DNA of 64,000 nt. It comes from Octopus sinensis. Taxonomy: Eukaryota. Below, piece after piece: positions 50,508 through 63,924 of the stretch. Position 1 is the stretch's first letter. Each line of letters begins with the position of its first letter. Where the stretch lies: contig NC_042997.1 in assembly GCF_006345805.1 (NCBI RefSeq), forward strand, positions 71,796,001 through 71,860,000, written 5' to 3'. The notes under the pieces were generated by a model that was not told the DNA's origin, ran no database searches, and saw only the letters and a list, made by a program, of their open reading frames with translations. The position numbers and the translations under genes are program-made.

Positions 50508-52289
50508 GTATATATTTATGAACTTGTGTATACATATTTGTATAATATATATATATATAAATATATATATATATAAGTGTGTGTGAGCGCATTTGTTTGT
50601 ACGTCAATGTAACAGGTGCAACATTAATCCGATGATTTAATGTTGTTCTTCACATACTCTTGCATTCACAGGATGTGTACTTTTCACTGTTTAACATAAA
50701 AGTCGTGTCATTAATGAGATGATAGAATAGAAGGGCATAAAATATGATTTTCCAGGCAATTGCCACTTGCTTATGTTGTTAAAATAACCAGCTAATAGTT
50801 ATCGTTCACTGACAGAGTGAACAAATCATGAAGTCTATAAATAACTTTCGTCTTCTTAAAATTCACTTCTAACAACTATTCCCTACAGACCAAAACCAAC
50901 CTAATACACTCCCATACATTGGCACTACCTCGGTTCGTAATTTTACGCAGTCTGGTGGAAATTCTTACATTAGTGTTATTAATATTATTATTAGGGTCCT
51001 GTTCTGACAGAATTGTTAGGATACCAAAAAAAAAAAAAATGCATGTCAAAAGGCATTCATTTCGGCTTTTTACGTGCTAGGTTCAAATCCCGAAGAGACC
51101 ACTTCTGCTTGTTTCATCCTTTTGCCTTTTTCATCTTTTATTGACAAAATCAAGCCCCGTAGTCAATTTAATCGACTAATCCTCACATCCAGATTTTAGG
51201 ACTTGTGTTTATATCCGAAACAGTTATTATTTGGGTGAAGATTCATTCGAGTATCGGATAAAAAGCCGAGTGGTATTTTGATATTAGATCATCTTTTGCA
51301 TTTCATATTACTGAATTCGTCAAAAGTAATCACGAGTCATGTACTGACATTAATCCAATCAGTTACTTGCTTTCCCAAGAATGTGTATCATTGTGCAACC
51401 ATTGCATCTTGAGGTTACATGTAATCTACTTCATGGAAACATTTATGTTACTCTAAGCTAGGCTAATTTGTTGGTGAGAAGCCTTTATTTTAAGGAGCGT
51501 TATCATCTAAATTTTACAAAATATGGTATTTTCCTGTAATTTCTATCAACAGCATTTGGTGTCTGCCACCTTCTAATCACGAAGTTGTTCTTGTATTAGT
51601 ATTCTACATATTTATTTCCATTTTGCTTTTTCAACCGTCTTTACAGGATTATTATTGCTTGACGGCAAAATCATATAAGTGTAGATAACCTGGATATATT
51701 GTTATTTAAAAAATATCTAGGTAGTTTGCTCCTACTTCCAATGATGTATTATTGTACCCCACAAAACCCATACAATTCTTCATTTCACTCCACAATTTCG
51801 GGAGAATGTATCTTAAAGCTGAACTGCTTCTTTTTCTTTTTAATAGTTCCCAAAGGAGGCTGGTAACCATCATGTTATATCAACAAATATATTCTAAAAT
51901 TACCATAATGAAATATCCTAACAGAATGCCACTGATACTCTCGTTGTTGTAATTAAAATGACTTGGTATTGATGGTAATTTTCCTCGGACTGGTTTTAAT
52001 CACAATAATTTGTTAATTCTCGTCAATAATTTATGTTTCATTATTTCATTATTTTAGGTCTCTATTTTTTATTCACTTACTTTACTAAGTTCGATTTATC
52101 TTTTACTGTTTGTTTGTTTCAATCATTGCCTTATGGATAAGATCGAGAAGCAGGGGACAAGTAGAACAGATTGTAAAGAAACCCGCAGAAGGTATCAGGA
52201 AACTACTTCAGTACCTTTCACAAGAAATATCATGTATCTTAAGACATTATTAGGGAGAAACATGATCGCCAACGCCTGCAGGCATACGA

Positions 52290-52324
<35 letters not shown>

Positions 52325-52434
52325 TAGATATATATACATGCATACATACATACATACATACATACATACATACATACATACATACATACATACATACATA
52401 CATACATACATACATACATACATACATACATACA

Positions 52435-52467
<33 letters not shown>

Positions 52468-55194
52468 TAGGATTATGACTTTTTGATGATTTTTGGGAAG
52501 TAAACAATTTCCTGCATCAAAAGTCGATGAACAATTTTATATAAGTAGGGAAAATAACCTTTATTTTTTTTTTTTTTTAAAAACGTCACTCCCAAATAAA
52601 GAAATCTAACACCACTTTTGACCTAAATCATGCAAAATTCTAGGGGTTTCATAAAGCCAACTCAAGTTTTACCAAACTTGGTGTGCTGACTTAATTCAGT
52701 GCAGAAGCAGTATATCTCAAATTTCAGTCTTCAACTTTTAGGAGTCATAGAGTTTTTAATTTGTTACTACTTAGGCCCTACTTTAGAAAATTTCCTCTTC
52801 CTCTCCTTTTTTATTTCTGTGACGCTAAAAACTCTGACTATATTAACTGTTTTTCATAACAGTAGGCTTATGCAACTAGAGTATCGAAAATAATGTCTCA
52901 TAAGAGAAGTGCTTGTGTCACTCAAAGAAACAAAAGAATCTAGACGAAGAATCTCTTCCTCTAGAAATGCATTCCTTGGAAAACAACTGCAGAATACCAA
53001 TAAAACTTCAAATTGTCGATTGCTACCTGTTCCTTCGATGTACCATCAAAGGAAGGAAGGAAAGAATAAATGAAATTCCGAACGAAGTACCGTTTTTATG
53101 GCAAAAAAATAATAAATTTCCCATATTTATCAATTCAAAATGTACAAGCAAAAGTAGAAAAAGTGCTAAATATCTACGATAAATGTGTAAAACGAGGAAA
53201 ATACGATTTATTGAAAGGAATTTTTAACATCACAAAGGAAAACAGTGAATGGCTGTGCAGTGAGGATATAAGGTTATATTATCTTCAAATTGAAAGCAAG
53301 GGATAAGTTGGGTATGGAATTGGAAACTCAGCCAGTTCTAAAACTATCCATCCAAAAGTTGAAAAGTGTCCTTAACGCCAACTTTAACCAGAGCAACTCC
53401 AGTGTCATCGTCAACGTCTGAAGCAGAGATTGAAAGTAAATATCAAGTGTCCGAAAAATCATATGAACAATCCATACAAACAAGGAGGAGGTATAGCAAA
53501 ACTGGAGCTGCAACCAGGTTAGTAATATCTTCCAAGCTATCAACCCAAAAAGCAGCAACAATTTGTCGTCAGTTATCTCAAGATGGAATCACTGCCGGGA
53601 CTCCTTCCCAATTTGTAATTTACAAAACGACTATCAAAGAAGCCGTTAAACTAAAAAAGAAACGAAGAAAACACTACATTTAGAAACTTGGTCATTGCAT
53701 TTTAAGCGTAAACGTATTGATGACCAAGAATATCAAGTGCTAGTTTAAAAAATTAACAGAGAGAAGTTAAGTTAGAAGTACTCGAATTGCCAATTGGAGA
53801 AGCCGATACTATTGTGAAAGGAATAACAGCTGTTTTAGATTAATACAATTCATGGATCTGTGCAAGGATGATTGTCGCTGATACAACGAGTGTGAACACT
53901 GAGAAAAGAAATGGCATTATCATTCAGTTGCAAAGACCGTTTGCTCAAAAGTGTTTGATAGAATTGCAATGTTTTGGTTCTTTGTGATGAAATGGATAAC
54001 GAACTTGAAGAAAAAAGTAATCTCCTAACACTGCATATGCATTATCCCAGAGCTTTTAAGTAATTACGAAAAACACCATGTTAATTTCAACAATGGCGAA
54101 GAAAAGATTACTGAATCAGTAGGATGGCGAGAAGACAGGAAATTTCTATTTCATTTGATCAGAGTCTTTCGTTTCTTTGAAAAAACCGGCAAATTTCCTA
54201 CTGCAAAGTTTTAAAAAAAATACCCAATTAAAGTAATGCAAGATGGAATTCTCGAGCAATTTGGTCAGTAAACCATTTATTCTTCTACCAGAGAAAAGAG
54301 TTTTGTTTGTCAATGTTTGTCGATTCATCTCTTACACCTGGGGCAGATTTTTGGTTTACTGACCAAATTCTCAATGCACATGATTATCAGAAGTTATGTG
54401 GTAGCCTGCAAGTTCATAAAAAAAGCATTGAATTCTGTAAAAAACTTTTCGAGTCGAGAACCATCAAAACTGGAAATTCCCAGAACAAATCATAGTGTAG
54501 AACGTGCAAATCAAGTACCATCAAAATATTTACGATGTCTGTGAAAAGATGGAAAAACTTCAGCTTCGATTTATTTTATCTAACAAAACATATCAATTCT
54601 TTGATATGTTTTAAAATTTGCTAACATTCAGCACCCTTTCTCTTATACAATTATTTAAAATTGGAATTAAACCTATAAAGTTAAAAACATGTGTTGCTTT
54701 TAATTTTCTATGATATCGAATGCGTATAGTGGCTTCTGTCTTAAAATATCCTAGTTTTAAACATTTGCATAGAGCAATTTTAATTCAGTAATCTTTAAAA
54801 TGTATGATTACACTTTTATTCCACACCTCTCTTGTGTTTACAAGGATTTAGGCAGCGGAAATACTGAAGTAGGAATCTAGTGACACCTTGTGATTATAGT
54901 TTAAAACACTAATAATTCCGAAACTACTTCAACTAGAAAGATAAAATTTCAGGTATACTATTTCTGCATTGCATTCAGACAGCGCATCAAGTTTGGTAAA
55001 AACTTGAGCAGGCATTATGAATCACCCCACTAGAATTTTGCATGATTTGGATCAAAAGTGGTGATCAATTTCTTAAGTTGGGGTGACGTTTTTGTCAAAT
55101 AAAGCAAAATATATGTTAGCTTCCTAATTTTTATAAAATTTTTCATTGAATTATAGTATAGGGTTAATAGGTTGTGAAAATAATCATAACCCAA
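52468..55194 (+). mobile_element. Decayed DDE DNA transposon (probably hAT superfamily, hATm-like) inserted in (CATA)n
   Basis: Termini taggattatga / tcataacccaa; subterminal inverted repeats 52612-52690 and 54975-55060; frameshifted transposase with LHF.GK and MIVADTTSVNT.KRNG motifs. The family assignment is from memory of motifs. Confidence 0.7.
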
Positions 55195-55226
55195 ATATAT
55201 CATATATACATACATACATACATACA

Positions 55227-55258
<32 letters not shown>

Positions 55259-55276
55259 CATACATACATACATACA

Positions 55277-55348
<72 letters not shown>

Positions 55349-55388
55349 AGAGAGAGAGAGAGAGTGAGAGAGAGTGAGTGAGTGAAAT

Positions 55389-55728
55389 CTATTTGCCAAC
55401 GTAATTGGCACTCTTGGTTAGGATGATGTTACTACTTTTTTTAGACCCAGGAAAACATCTTTTCTAGCGGGATACTGACGAACAACTGCGTTCTTATACT
55501 TCGAACAAGGGAGCTAATGTTCCCACTCAGCCTTAAACGGTACCTGCGGACCATGGTTTCTGGGTTATTTTCTTCATTGGCACAAGATAACTGTTGGCTC
55601 GAGATGGCAGCACTATGTATTGATCGTGATATATACTTTTAAAGTCAAACACAGTCAGTTATCACGGGGGCTAAAAAAAGGTACTAATATCGTCCTAACC
55701 AAGACTACCAATTTACGTTGGCAAATAG
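55389..55728. mobile_element. MITE-like element with ~60 bp imperfect inverted ends
   Basis: ctatttgccaacgtaattgg...ttggttaggatgat...ttttttagaccc versus gggctaaaaaaag...atcgtcctaaccaag...ccaatttacgttggcaaatag. Confidence 0.75.
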
Positions 55729-56184
55729 AACTTACTCTGTAGTACTGTTACTACTTACTTCCCGCTCAGAGATTTAAAACTAAATGTTTTCAAACATATT
55801 CTTCTGGTGCAAACCACATATCACAACGAACTAAAAAATTGAATAAATAGAATATACGCGATGAAGCTGAGAAGGCAGCATATAGGAAATGCAGACAGTA
55901 AACAACAGAAAACGAAAAACGGAAAACGAAACAAGAGTCCAAAGGTAAAAAGTTCTATCATCCTTAGGCCTTAAATGATAAGGCTGGAAAGATATCAAGT
56001 TAGTCAAGAATAGGCGGAATTTTTCAATATTTCAGAATATATTTATTCATATGCATGCAACCACTGAAAAATTATGATCTGGAGTTCAAGGAGTTCAATA
56101 GAGAGTTATGGATCTTAGATCTGAACAGGATCTGTGCTCTTTCAGCCAAACAAAGTCTACATTTAGTTCGTTATATGTGATTTG

Positions 56185-56235
56185 CGCCTGAAGAATATGT
56201 TTGAGTTCTCTTAACATATGAAACAATTAGTAGCG
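56185..56235 (+). ncRNA. Type I hammerhead ribozyme motif
   Basis: CGC-CUGAAGA-AUAUGUU(ugaguucucuu)AACAUAU-GAAA-CAAUUAG-UA/GCG. Perfect 7-bp stem II, 3-bp stem I, GUA site. Confidence 0.55.
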
Positions 56236-56304
56236 GTTTAATACATGTATTGTGACCTTGAAATAATAATAATATATAAATATGTATGTGTATTTGTGTG
56301 TGTG

Positions 56305-56335
<31 letters not shown>

Positions 56336-59059
56336 ATGTATATATGTGTGTGTATCTTTCTATCTATATGTCTATCTGTCTGTCTACCTATCTATCTGTC
56401 TACCTATCTATCTGTCTATCTATTTGTGTGTGTGTGTGTGCGTGCAAACATACAAGCAATATTACTCTTTGTGTTTGATAATTGCATTGGTTTTGGCGTT
56501 GCAAGACGAATCTTCAGAATTTTCTAAGATAACAAGTCCCTATTTCTATCATACTGAAGGTGACATCGTCTTTTTTAGTTTTTCCATTTGGGGCGGGGGG
56601 CGGGTAGGTGACTAACCCCTGTATGAGTTCCATTTAGCAGACCTAAGACTCAGTGGTAGTCTACCGAGCGACTAAGTACGACCCATAGATCTATTGTTTC
56701 AAATAATAAGACACTGTGATAACGATTAGTGAACAAAACAATAAACTGTATGTAGTGAAAGTGTGTCCTCAGTTACTGACATCCAGTGTCATTCACAATC
56801 TTATAAAGATTAATTTTGATTAAATAAACATTGGGGAAGTACTTATGGCTTTTCCTCGGTAGCCCATGGGTTTCATGTAACGCATGGCTTGTTTGTTTTG
56901 AAATATTTATGTTAATCTCATTTACATAACTTTCTTCGGTAGAGGGGCTAAGAATTATTTTTTGTTTCATTTTTTTTTCTTGCTAGATTCTTTTCCTCCT
57001 CATTTTGTTATCATGCTGTGTTATATACACAATTTTTCATCTTGTGTTGTTTGCGCTACATTTTTTTCTTTTATTGGTCTTCTTCATTTAGTAGGATTTC
57101 CTTTATATGCGTTTACTCTTAGCCTCAAATCACATGGTCTTTCCTTATCACGCTTACTATAAGTCGAGAAAAGCAGGCGATTTTTTTCTGTCTAGTGGCT
57201 AACGCAACAGAGCTTGTCTAGTGAACAAGATTGAAAGCATTCGACCAAACATGTATCAGTTTCCTCTTTACGTGCAAGTCGATAAGAGTGGTGTAGTGTC
57301 CTCTACTGAATTTGCTAAAATGTGGGTGAGTTTGGTGCGATGGCTCAAGTGAATGGACCTATTATCAGCATGCGCCAGTAGGTTGCAGAACACCACTAGG
57401 TTAACTTTGCCATTCATCCCTCCAGAGTTGGTAAAAAAAGTACATACACATACATGTGTGTGTGCTTATCTCTCACTGCTTGGCATCTGGTGTTGGTTTG
57501 TTTATGTTCTTGTAACTAAACATTTAGGCAACAAGGCCAATAAAATTAGTACCAGACTTAAAGTATGTACTATGGGTGAGGTTTTCAACAAAGACCTTCA
57601 AGACAAGCACACCAGCATAGCTGCAGTTCAATGAGAAAAACCAGTAAAACACTGAAGAGTATACAACTACTGTTTAAAATGAGTACACGCTACGTGAACA
57701 TATTCTAACCATATTTACAGACCTTTGTATTACTACTTTATGAACGTACTTATAACTATACTTATGTGACCTGACACCTTAACAAAAGTGGTTGAGTTTC
57801 CTCGTCAACCAAGCTTAAAAGGGCTCGTTGTAATTTCTTAGCTGTTCTGCTCGTTCCAGCATAACATAATCATTTTACATTGCAATATCAATAATTAACA
57901 TACTATGGTTATTTTCAATATGTAAAATTATGCCATCCATATTATGTATGATTTTCTGTTCTCTCTGGATACTAAAATTCCATAGTTTTTTGGGTTTTTT
58001 ACAGTGTCATTTTGTAATATAGAATAGCTAGGCTACGTTGTTGTGTTGACACATTAGCTGGAGCTAATATTTGGATATCTATCCTCTATATTATATGAAT
58101 TATAGCTATCATTCTCAGTGTTTCTAGTGGAACGTTTTTCCCAGTCGGGATTTCGCAAAGTTCTGAGGTTTCCTGAGAGATCATTAGGGGTTCCACGAGA
58201 TATAGTGATATATTGGTTAATTATATGTAAATCCAGTTTTGTGTTTGTCTCATTTTTTCGTAATTCCATTAGACACAGAGAACATTCCCTACGTAAGGGT
58301 AATTCTAGCATCTATAAGTAGTAAAGTTACCCCATGGGAAAAATGAACTTATATTAGGGAAGTCTAGGGGAATTTATTGTAAACAAGTTCTTAGTTAAGA
58401 TGAAATTTATTTTGTAGCATTAAAACACATTTAGCACTGCCAAATATTTCAAAGACAGTCTTAAGATTAGCTTAATATTTATAATTTTTATGTAGGGATT
58501 TCCTTTATCTTAGAATGTATTTCAAGGTGTATTTCGAGGGCCCTATAATGGGCTTAGGATATGTTGGTCTAAGGATGTGGCCTGTTCCTGTATGATAAAT
58601 GTTACTGACTCTGCTGCAGTCTGTTACCTGCAATTAGTTCACGTATGTAAAGTCTCTAATAGAGTAAGTTTAAGCTATATGTTTATAATGTAAGATCTGC
58701 TTTATCTCCTTTTCCAGAAAAATTGTCTCTCGATCTAAGCAATCCAATGAGTCCTTTCTTAAAATAGTATGGTGAAGTTTGAGGAATATTTGTCTATAGT
58801 TGAGTAAATGCGTGGAAGCACTCTTATTGTTGTGAGGTTTTGATATCCTTGAACATATTGCCATTTTGACATGTCGTCCAGGATGGATCTAGTTGTCGAT
58901 GTTTTTCTATGTGAAAAGCATCGAAGGACTTTCCTTTAGCAAGTGGTTGTGGGGGCAAGTAATACATCACGTGACTCTAGTGACGTATGTTGGATGTGGC
59001 TAGACAAGCTCTTCGTCGACATACTACTACTACTACTACTACTACTACTACCACTACCA

Positions 59060-59110
<51 letters not shown>

Positions 59111-59137
59111 ATAATAATAATAATAATAATAATAATA

Positions 59138-59235
59138 GGGGGACGGGAGAACACCGGGGGACGGGGAGAACACCGGGGGACTGGGAGAACACCGGGGGAC
59201 GTTTAAGAGAGAACACCGGGGGACGTTTAAGATGT
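59138..59235 (+). repeat. Tandem ~18-23 bp G-rich repeats at the LINE 5' end
   Basis: Four GAGAACACCGGGGGAC units and five GGGGG runs. Confidence 0.9.
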
Positions 59236-59432
59236 AAGAAGGAAAATACAGAGCTCTGAAATCTATCCACAAACATCGAAAACAAGGACATCCTATGGAG
59301 CCAAAGATTTACTAACAAAGAATTGGACTGTATCCGAGTAAGTAATACTAATTGAAATTATTACTATTTTCGAAACGAAATGATGTATTTTGACTCGATA
59401 TCATCTCCACCTCTAACGCAACACATGTAAAC

Positions 59433-62400
59433 ATGCGTGAAACATCACGATCATCTCCGACCCCAAACACCATGTACAAAGGAACTACGAAGAAATTAAA
59501 TGCCACCGATACTATTCAACCCAAGAATAACAATCGAGCGGTACGTACATTAAACTTACAACAAAAAATGTACGAAAAACTACATGTGCGAAATAATGTG
59601 ACAACAGAAATAAACGGACCGGTACCCTACGAAAACGACGACCGTCAAAATAATGGGCCGGACGTTGTACCTCATGTCCCGCAAATAAAACCCAAAAGAC
59701 GTAAATGGACACGTGAGGAATACATTTCTATCTTACACGCATACTTCACAGCAGTGCTCTACCTAAAAAATGAAAATACAACAACACATACATATAAAAT
59801 ATGGAAGGAAAATAATAGAGATATAGACTTGGATACAGCAATGAACCCTAATAAATTAGCTAACGTACGAAGATACATTCTCAACACAAAAAAATATCAG
59901 AAATAGAAATAGAACATCTAAAAGAAAAAAATACACCAGGAAAATGTAGATAGAAGCCACATAACAATGCCCAATAATATAAACACTGAAACTGTAAAAC
60001 ACGAAGACAAACGCAACATTCCCAACAAACACGATGTAAACAACGAAGGGGAGCCTAATGATTATAATAATATGAAAAATAAGATAATCAAAGAACTGAA
60101 AACCACAGAGCTCAAAATGGACGACCGACCATACCTCCCAAGAATCAAAATAAACGAAATAACAACACCAATTATAAACAGCATAAACCTAACCGTCACG
60201 GAACTAATAGCCACTGAAACAAAAAAAAGTGATATCACTGAGCTAAATGACTTAATATACGCAGCAGCCACTGCAGCCACAAAAGAAGCTGGATACTCAC
60301 TCAAACCCGCCCAAACAGGAGTACCACCACCCAAACAAACCCTGTGGATAAATAACATCCAAAACAAAATTTTAAAAAATTAGAAAAGATCTGTCGATTC
60401 TTAATGAAATCAGCAAACAATCAACGCTACTGAGCAACAAAAGGAAAACAAAAATACTCCGCAAATATAACATCACAGAGAAAGATTTGCCTGAGATAAA
60501 AGAAAAGCTGAAGCAAGATATCCTTGCCAAAGCACAAAGGATCCGCCGGTACGAGAAACGCCAACGCTTCTTTGAACAAAACAAAAAGTTCAACTCCAAC
60601 CCCAAAAAGTTCTACCAAGAACTGGGCAAAAATAAAATAGAAGTCACTGCAGCACCAACGGCAGAAGAATTGGAAGAATTCTGGAGAGAAATATGGTCGG
60701 CGAACGAACAACCAAAAAAAAGGAGTATCAAAATAACAAACTCGGCATCTAAACAACTTTGGACCCCCATAACAACTGAAGAGGTCACCCAGGCACTGCA
60801 AAGACTAAGCAACTGGAAGGTACCTGGGCATGACAAGATCCCCAACTTCTGGTTGAAATATCTAACAGGAATGCACAAAAAGCTGGCTGAAAACTTTAAC
60901 AACATACTAGCAGAGCCAGAGACAATGAATGCCTGAATGGCTCACGAAGGGGAAAACCATCTTAATTCCCAAATCAAATGAAACAGCAAAACCAGAAAAC
61001 TACAGACCAATAACCTGCCTCCCTACTATGTTCAAGGCATTTACTGCAGTGATATCGCAAAGGCTGAACAAGCACCTGGACGAAAACAAACTGTTCCCAG
61101 AAGAGCAGAAAGGATGCCGCAAAGGCTCATATGGCTGTAAAGATCAACTAATGATTAATAAAGCCATAACTGAAGACAGCCACAGAAAGAAGAAAGGCCT
61201 CAGTATGGCCTGGATTGACTACAAAAAGGCGTTTGATAGCATCCCCCACACATGGATCCTCGAAACACTAGCCATTAACAAAGTAGCACCAACAATCATA
61301 AAATTCATAGAGCACTCTATGAATAAATGGCAACAGTCCTACACCTCCAAACAAAAGAGGGACTCATGAAAACCAAAGACATCCCCATTAAAAGAGGAAT
61401 ATTCCAGGGAGACACGCTCTCTCCACTCCTTTTCTGCTTGGCACTGTCACCTCTATCTGATATACTAAATAGAACTGGATGCGGATATAAATGTTACGGC
61501 AAAACGATCAGCCACCTTTTACATATGGATGACCTAAAACTATACGCTGCAAATGACAAACAGCTGGAAACACTATTAAAGACAGTTCATGGATTTACCA
61601 AAGAAATAGATATGAAATTTGGATTAGAAAAATGCGCCAAAGTAACCATGAAAAGAGGAAAACTAGTTAAGAGTAACAACATCACACTAGATAAAACCAA
61701 TGAAATAAAAGAATTAGACCAAAGCCAAACTTACAAATACTTAGGAATCCATGAACTAGACAAGACACAACACACAAAAATGAAAGAGAAAATAAAAAAA
61801 GAATACTATAGACGAGTTAGATCAATACTAAAAACAGAGCTCAATGCTAAAAACAAGGTAATAGGTATCAACACTTTGGCTGTCCCAGTTATAAGTTACA
61901 GCTACAATATCCTTAACTGGACACGAAATGAACTGACCAAAATAGATAGGAAAACAAGAAAAATAATGACAGGATCTAGGATGCATCACCCAAAATCTGA
62001 CATAGAAAGACTATATATATACAACGTATAGAAGGTGGTAGAGGCCTTATACAGCTGGAAAACTACTATAAAATAACCACCATAGGACTGCAAAAATATC
62101 TACTTCAGAAGGAAGGAAAACTGATCCAGATAGCGGCAAAACACGAGCAAAACAAAAAACTGTTCTCAGTATTTAAGGAAGCTGACAAATACAAACAAGA
62201 AATCATACCACCTAATAAACATGAAGAAGAAGAAGAAGAAAATGAAGAAACAACAAAAGCTATAAAACAAATGAAATCCAAACTAAGAATAGAACAGCAA
62301 CGAACCATGTTAAAACGATGGCAAGAAAAGCCCCTTCATGGTAAATACTGGACTAAACTAAACGCAAAAGAAATAGACAAAGAAAAATCCCAGCAATGGT

Positions 62401-63084
62401 TGAGAAGCTCAGGACTCAAAGCAGAAACAGAGGGATTTTTAATTGCAGCACAAGACCAAAGCCTCCCCACCAGAAATTACCAAAAACATGTAATGAAAAG
62501 AAATATTACAAGTAACTGCAGAATATGTGGAGATGGACAAGAAACAATAAATCATATTATCTCTAGCTGCCCAGTCCTGGCTAAGAAGGAATATATTCAC
62601 AGACATGACAGAGTTGGAACCTACATACATTGGAAGCTATGCCAACATTATGGAATAACAACAGAAAAAGATGGTATAGGCACACACCAGAAAAGGTCAC
62701 AGAAAACGAGAAAGCAACCATACTCTGGGATATGCCGATACACACAGATAGAGAAATTAAGGCCAACAGACCAGATATAGTTGTCAGAGATCATGAAGAA
62801 AAAAATGCTTTCTAATTGATGTATCAATACCGGCAGATGACAACGTGTCTCTAAAAGAAATGGAGAAACTCTCAAAATACAAAGACCTGGAAATAGAGGT
62901 AACTAGAATGTGGAATCTGAAAACAGAAACAATTCCTATCATAGTAGGTGCATTAAGCATGATAAAAAAATATTCAGACAAATACATAACAAAAACAGCA
63001 GGACTTACAAACACATATAACATACAGAAAATTGCACTACTAGGCACTGCACACATCCTACGCAGAACACTTTCCATACAATAA
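59433..63084 (+). pseudogene. RT-RLE polyprotein of the R4/Dong LINE, with multiple frameshifts and stops
   Basis: YRPITCLPT, EEQKGCR, WIDYKKAFDSIPH, RGIFQGDTLSPLLF, HMDDLKLY, YKYLG, CRICG...ETINHIISSC, RHD, W...RPDIV...IDVSIP.D...KE.EK.SKY, PIIVGAL. Confidence 0.93.
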
Positions 63085-63178
63085 CCATCAGAGCATCACA
63101 ACAAATCACAGCACATACCCAAGGCACACAGAGCTGCGCTCGGTAGTGAAGTGAAAGCACGCTATAAAAATAAAACTA

Positions 63179-63212
<34 letters not shown>

Positions 63213-63230
63213 TTACTGCCATTACTACTA

Positions 63231-63288
<58 letters not shown>

Positions 63289-63299
63289 ACTACTACACA

Positions 63300-63357
<58 letters not shown>

Positions 63358-63370
63358 ATAATAATATAAT

Positions 63371-63924
63371 AGCCCTGATGCAGTACCAGACAGTGGTTCT
63401 CATGGCTTCTGATCTTAACTGATTGGAAGTGTTATCATGTACATTGTTTTGTCTTGGTATAAAAGATGGGCTACAGCAAATATTCTGCTCAATACCACAG
63501 ATTTGCTTGTCAGTTGTTTGACCTTAACCAGTTGAGCATGTCTCTTAGTGGCTGGCGATATGTGCATCTCTGATCACGAGCAGAAGTAGTGGGGAGCATC
63601 ATAGCCATGTGTTGAGAGGGATTCTTTGGGGCTTGAATAGTTCACCTCTGGAAACATGGGTGGTTCTTTCAACATCCTTAAACAACCCTTATTCAGGGAC
63701 CGTTTGAGCGGGATGGGCTACTCAACCTGAAGAAAATTCTAACTGGGCTCCACCTGCAAGGTCATGTGTTGTTTATCTTGATATGAGATCACCATGTCGC
63801 GCACATATGGTTGTGATGCATGTGCCTGGTGTACCCTTATCAGACGGGTAGTCATGATGGGTATATTGGGCTTCGTATATTTTACCCCAGTGTCACTTTG
63901 ATGGCATGAACTGCTCTCTCACTC
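63371..63924. mobile_element. Non-coding ~550 bp element flanked by (TAA)n on both sides
   Basis: Unique-looking sequence sharply bounded by TAA/AAT repeats; no long ORF. Only one copy in the window. Confidence 0.55.

Larger units (their letters stand above)
59138..63181 (+). mobile_element. Near full-length R4/Dong-type RLE LINE inserted in (TAA)n
   Basis: (TAA)n on both flanks, G-rich tandem-repeat 5' end, and a single long broken ORF with RT, CCHC finger and RLE. Confidence 0.9.

Noticed and set aside
51500-51960. piggyBac-like transposase remnant
   Set aside because: The similarity is too faint and stop-ridden to support by eye.
59138-59235. CRISPR-like repeat-spacer array
   Set aside because: The spacers are only a few nt and related to each other, there are no cas genes, and the context is a eukaryotic LINE 5' end.
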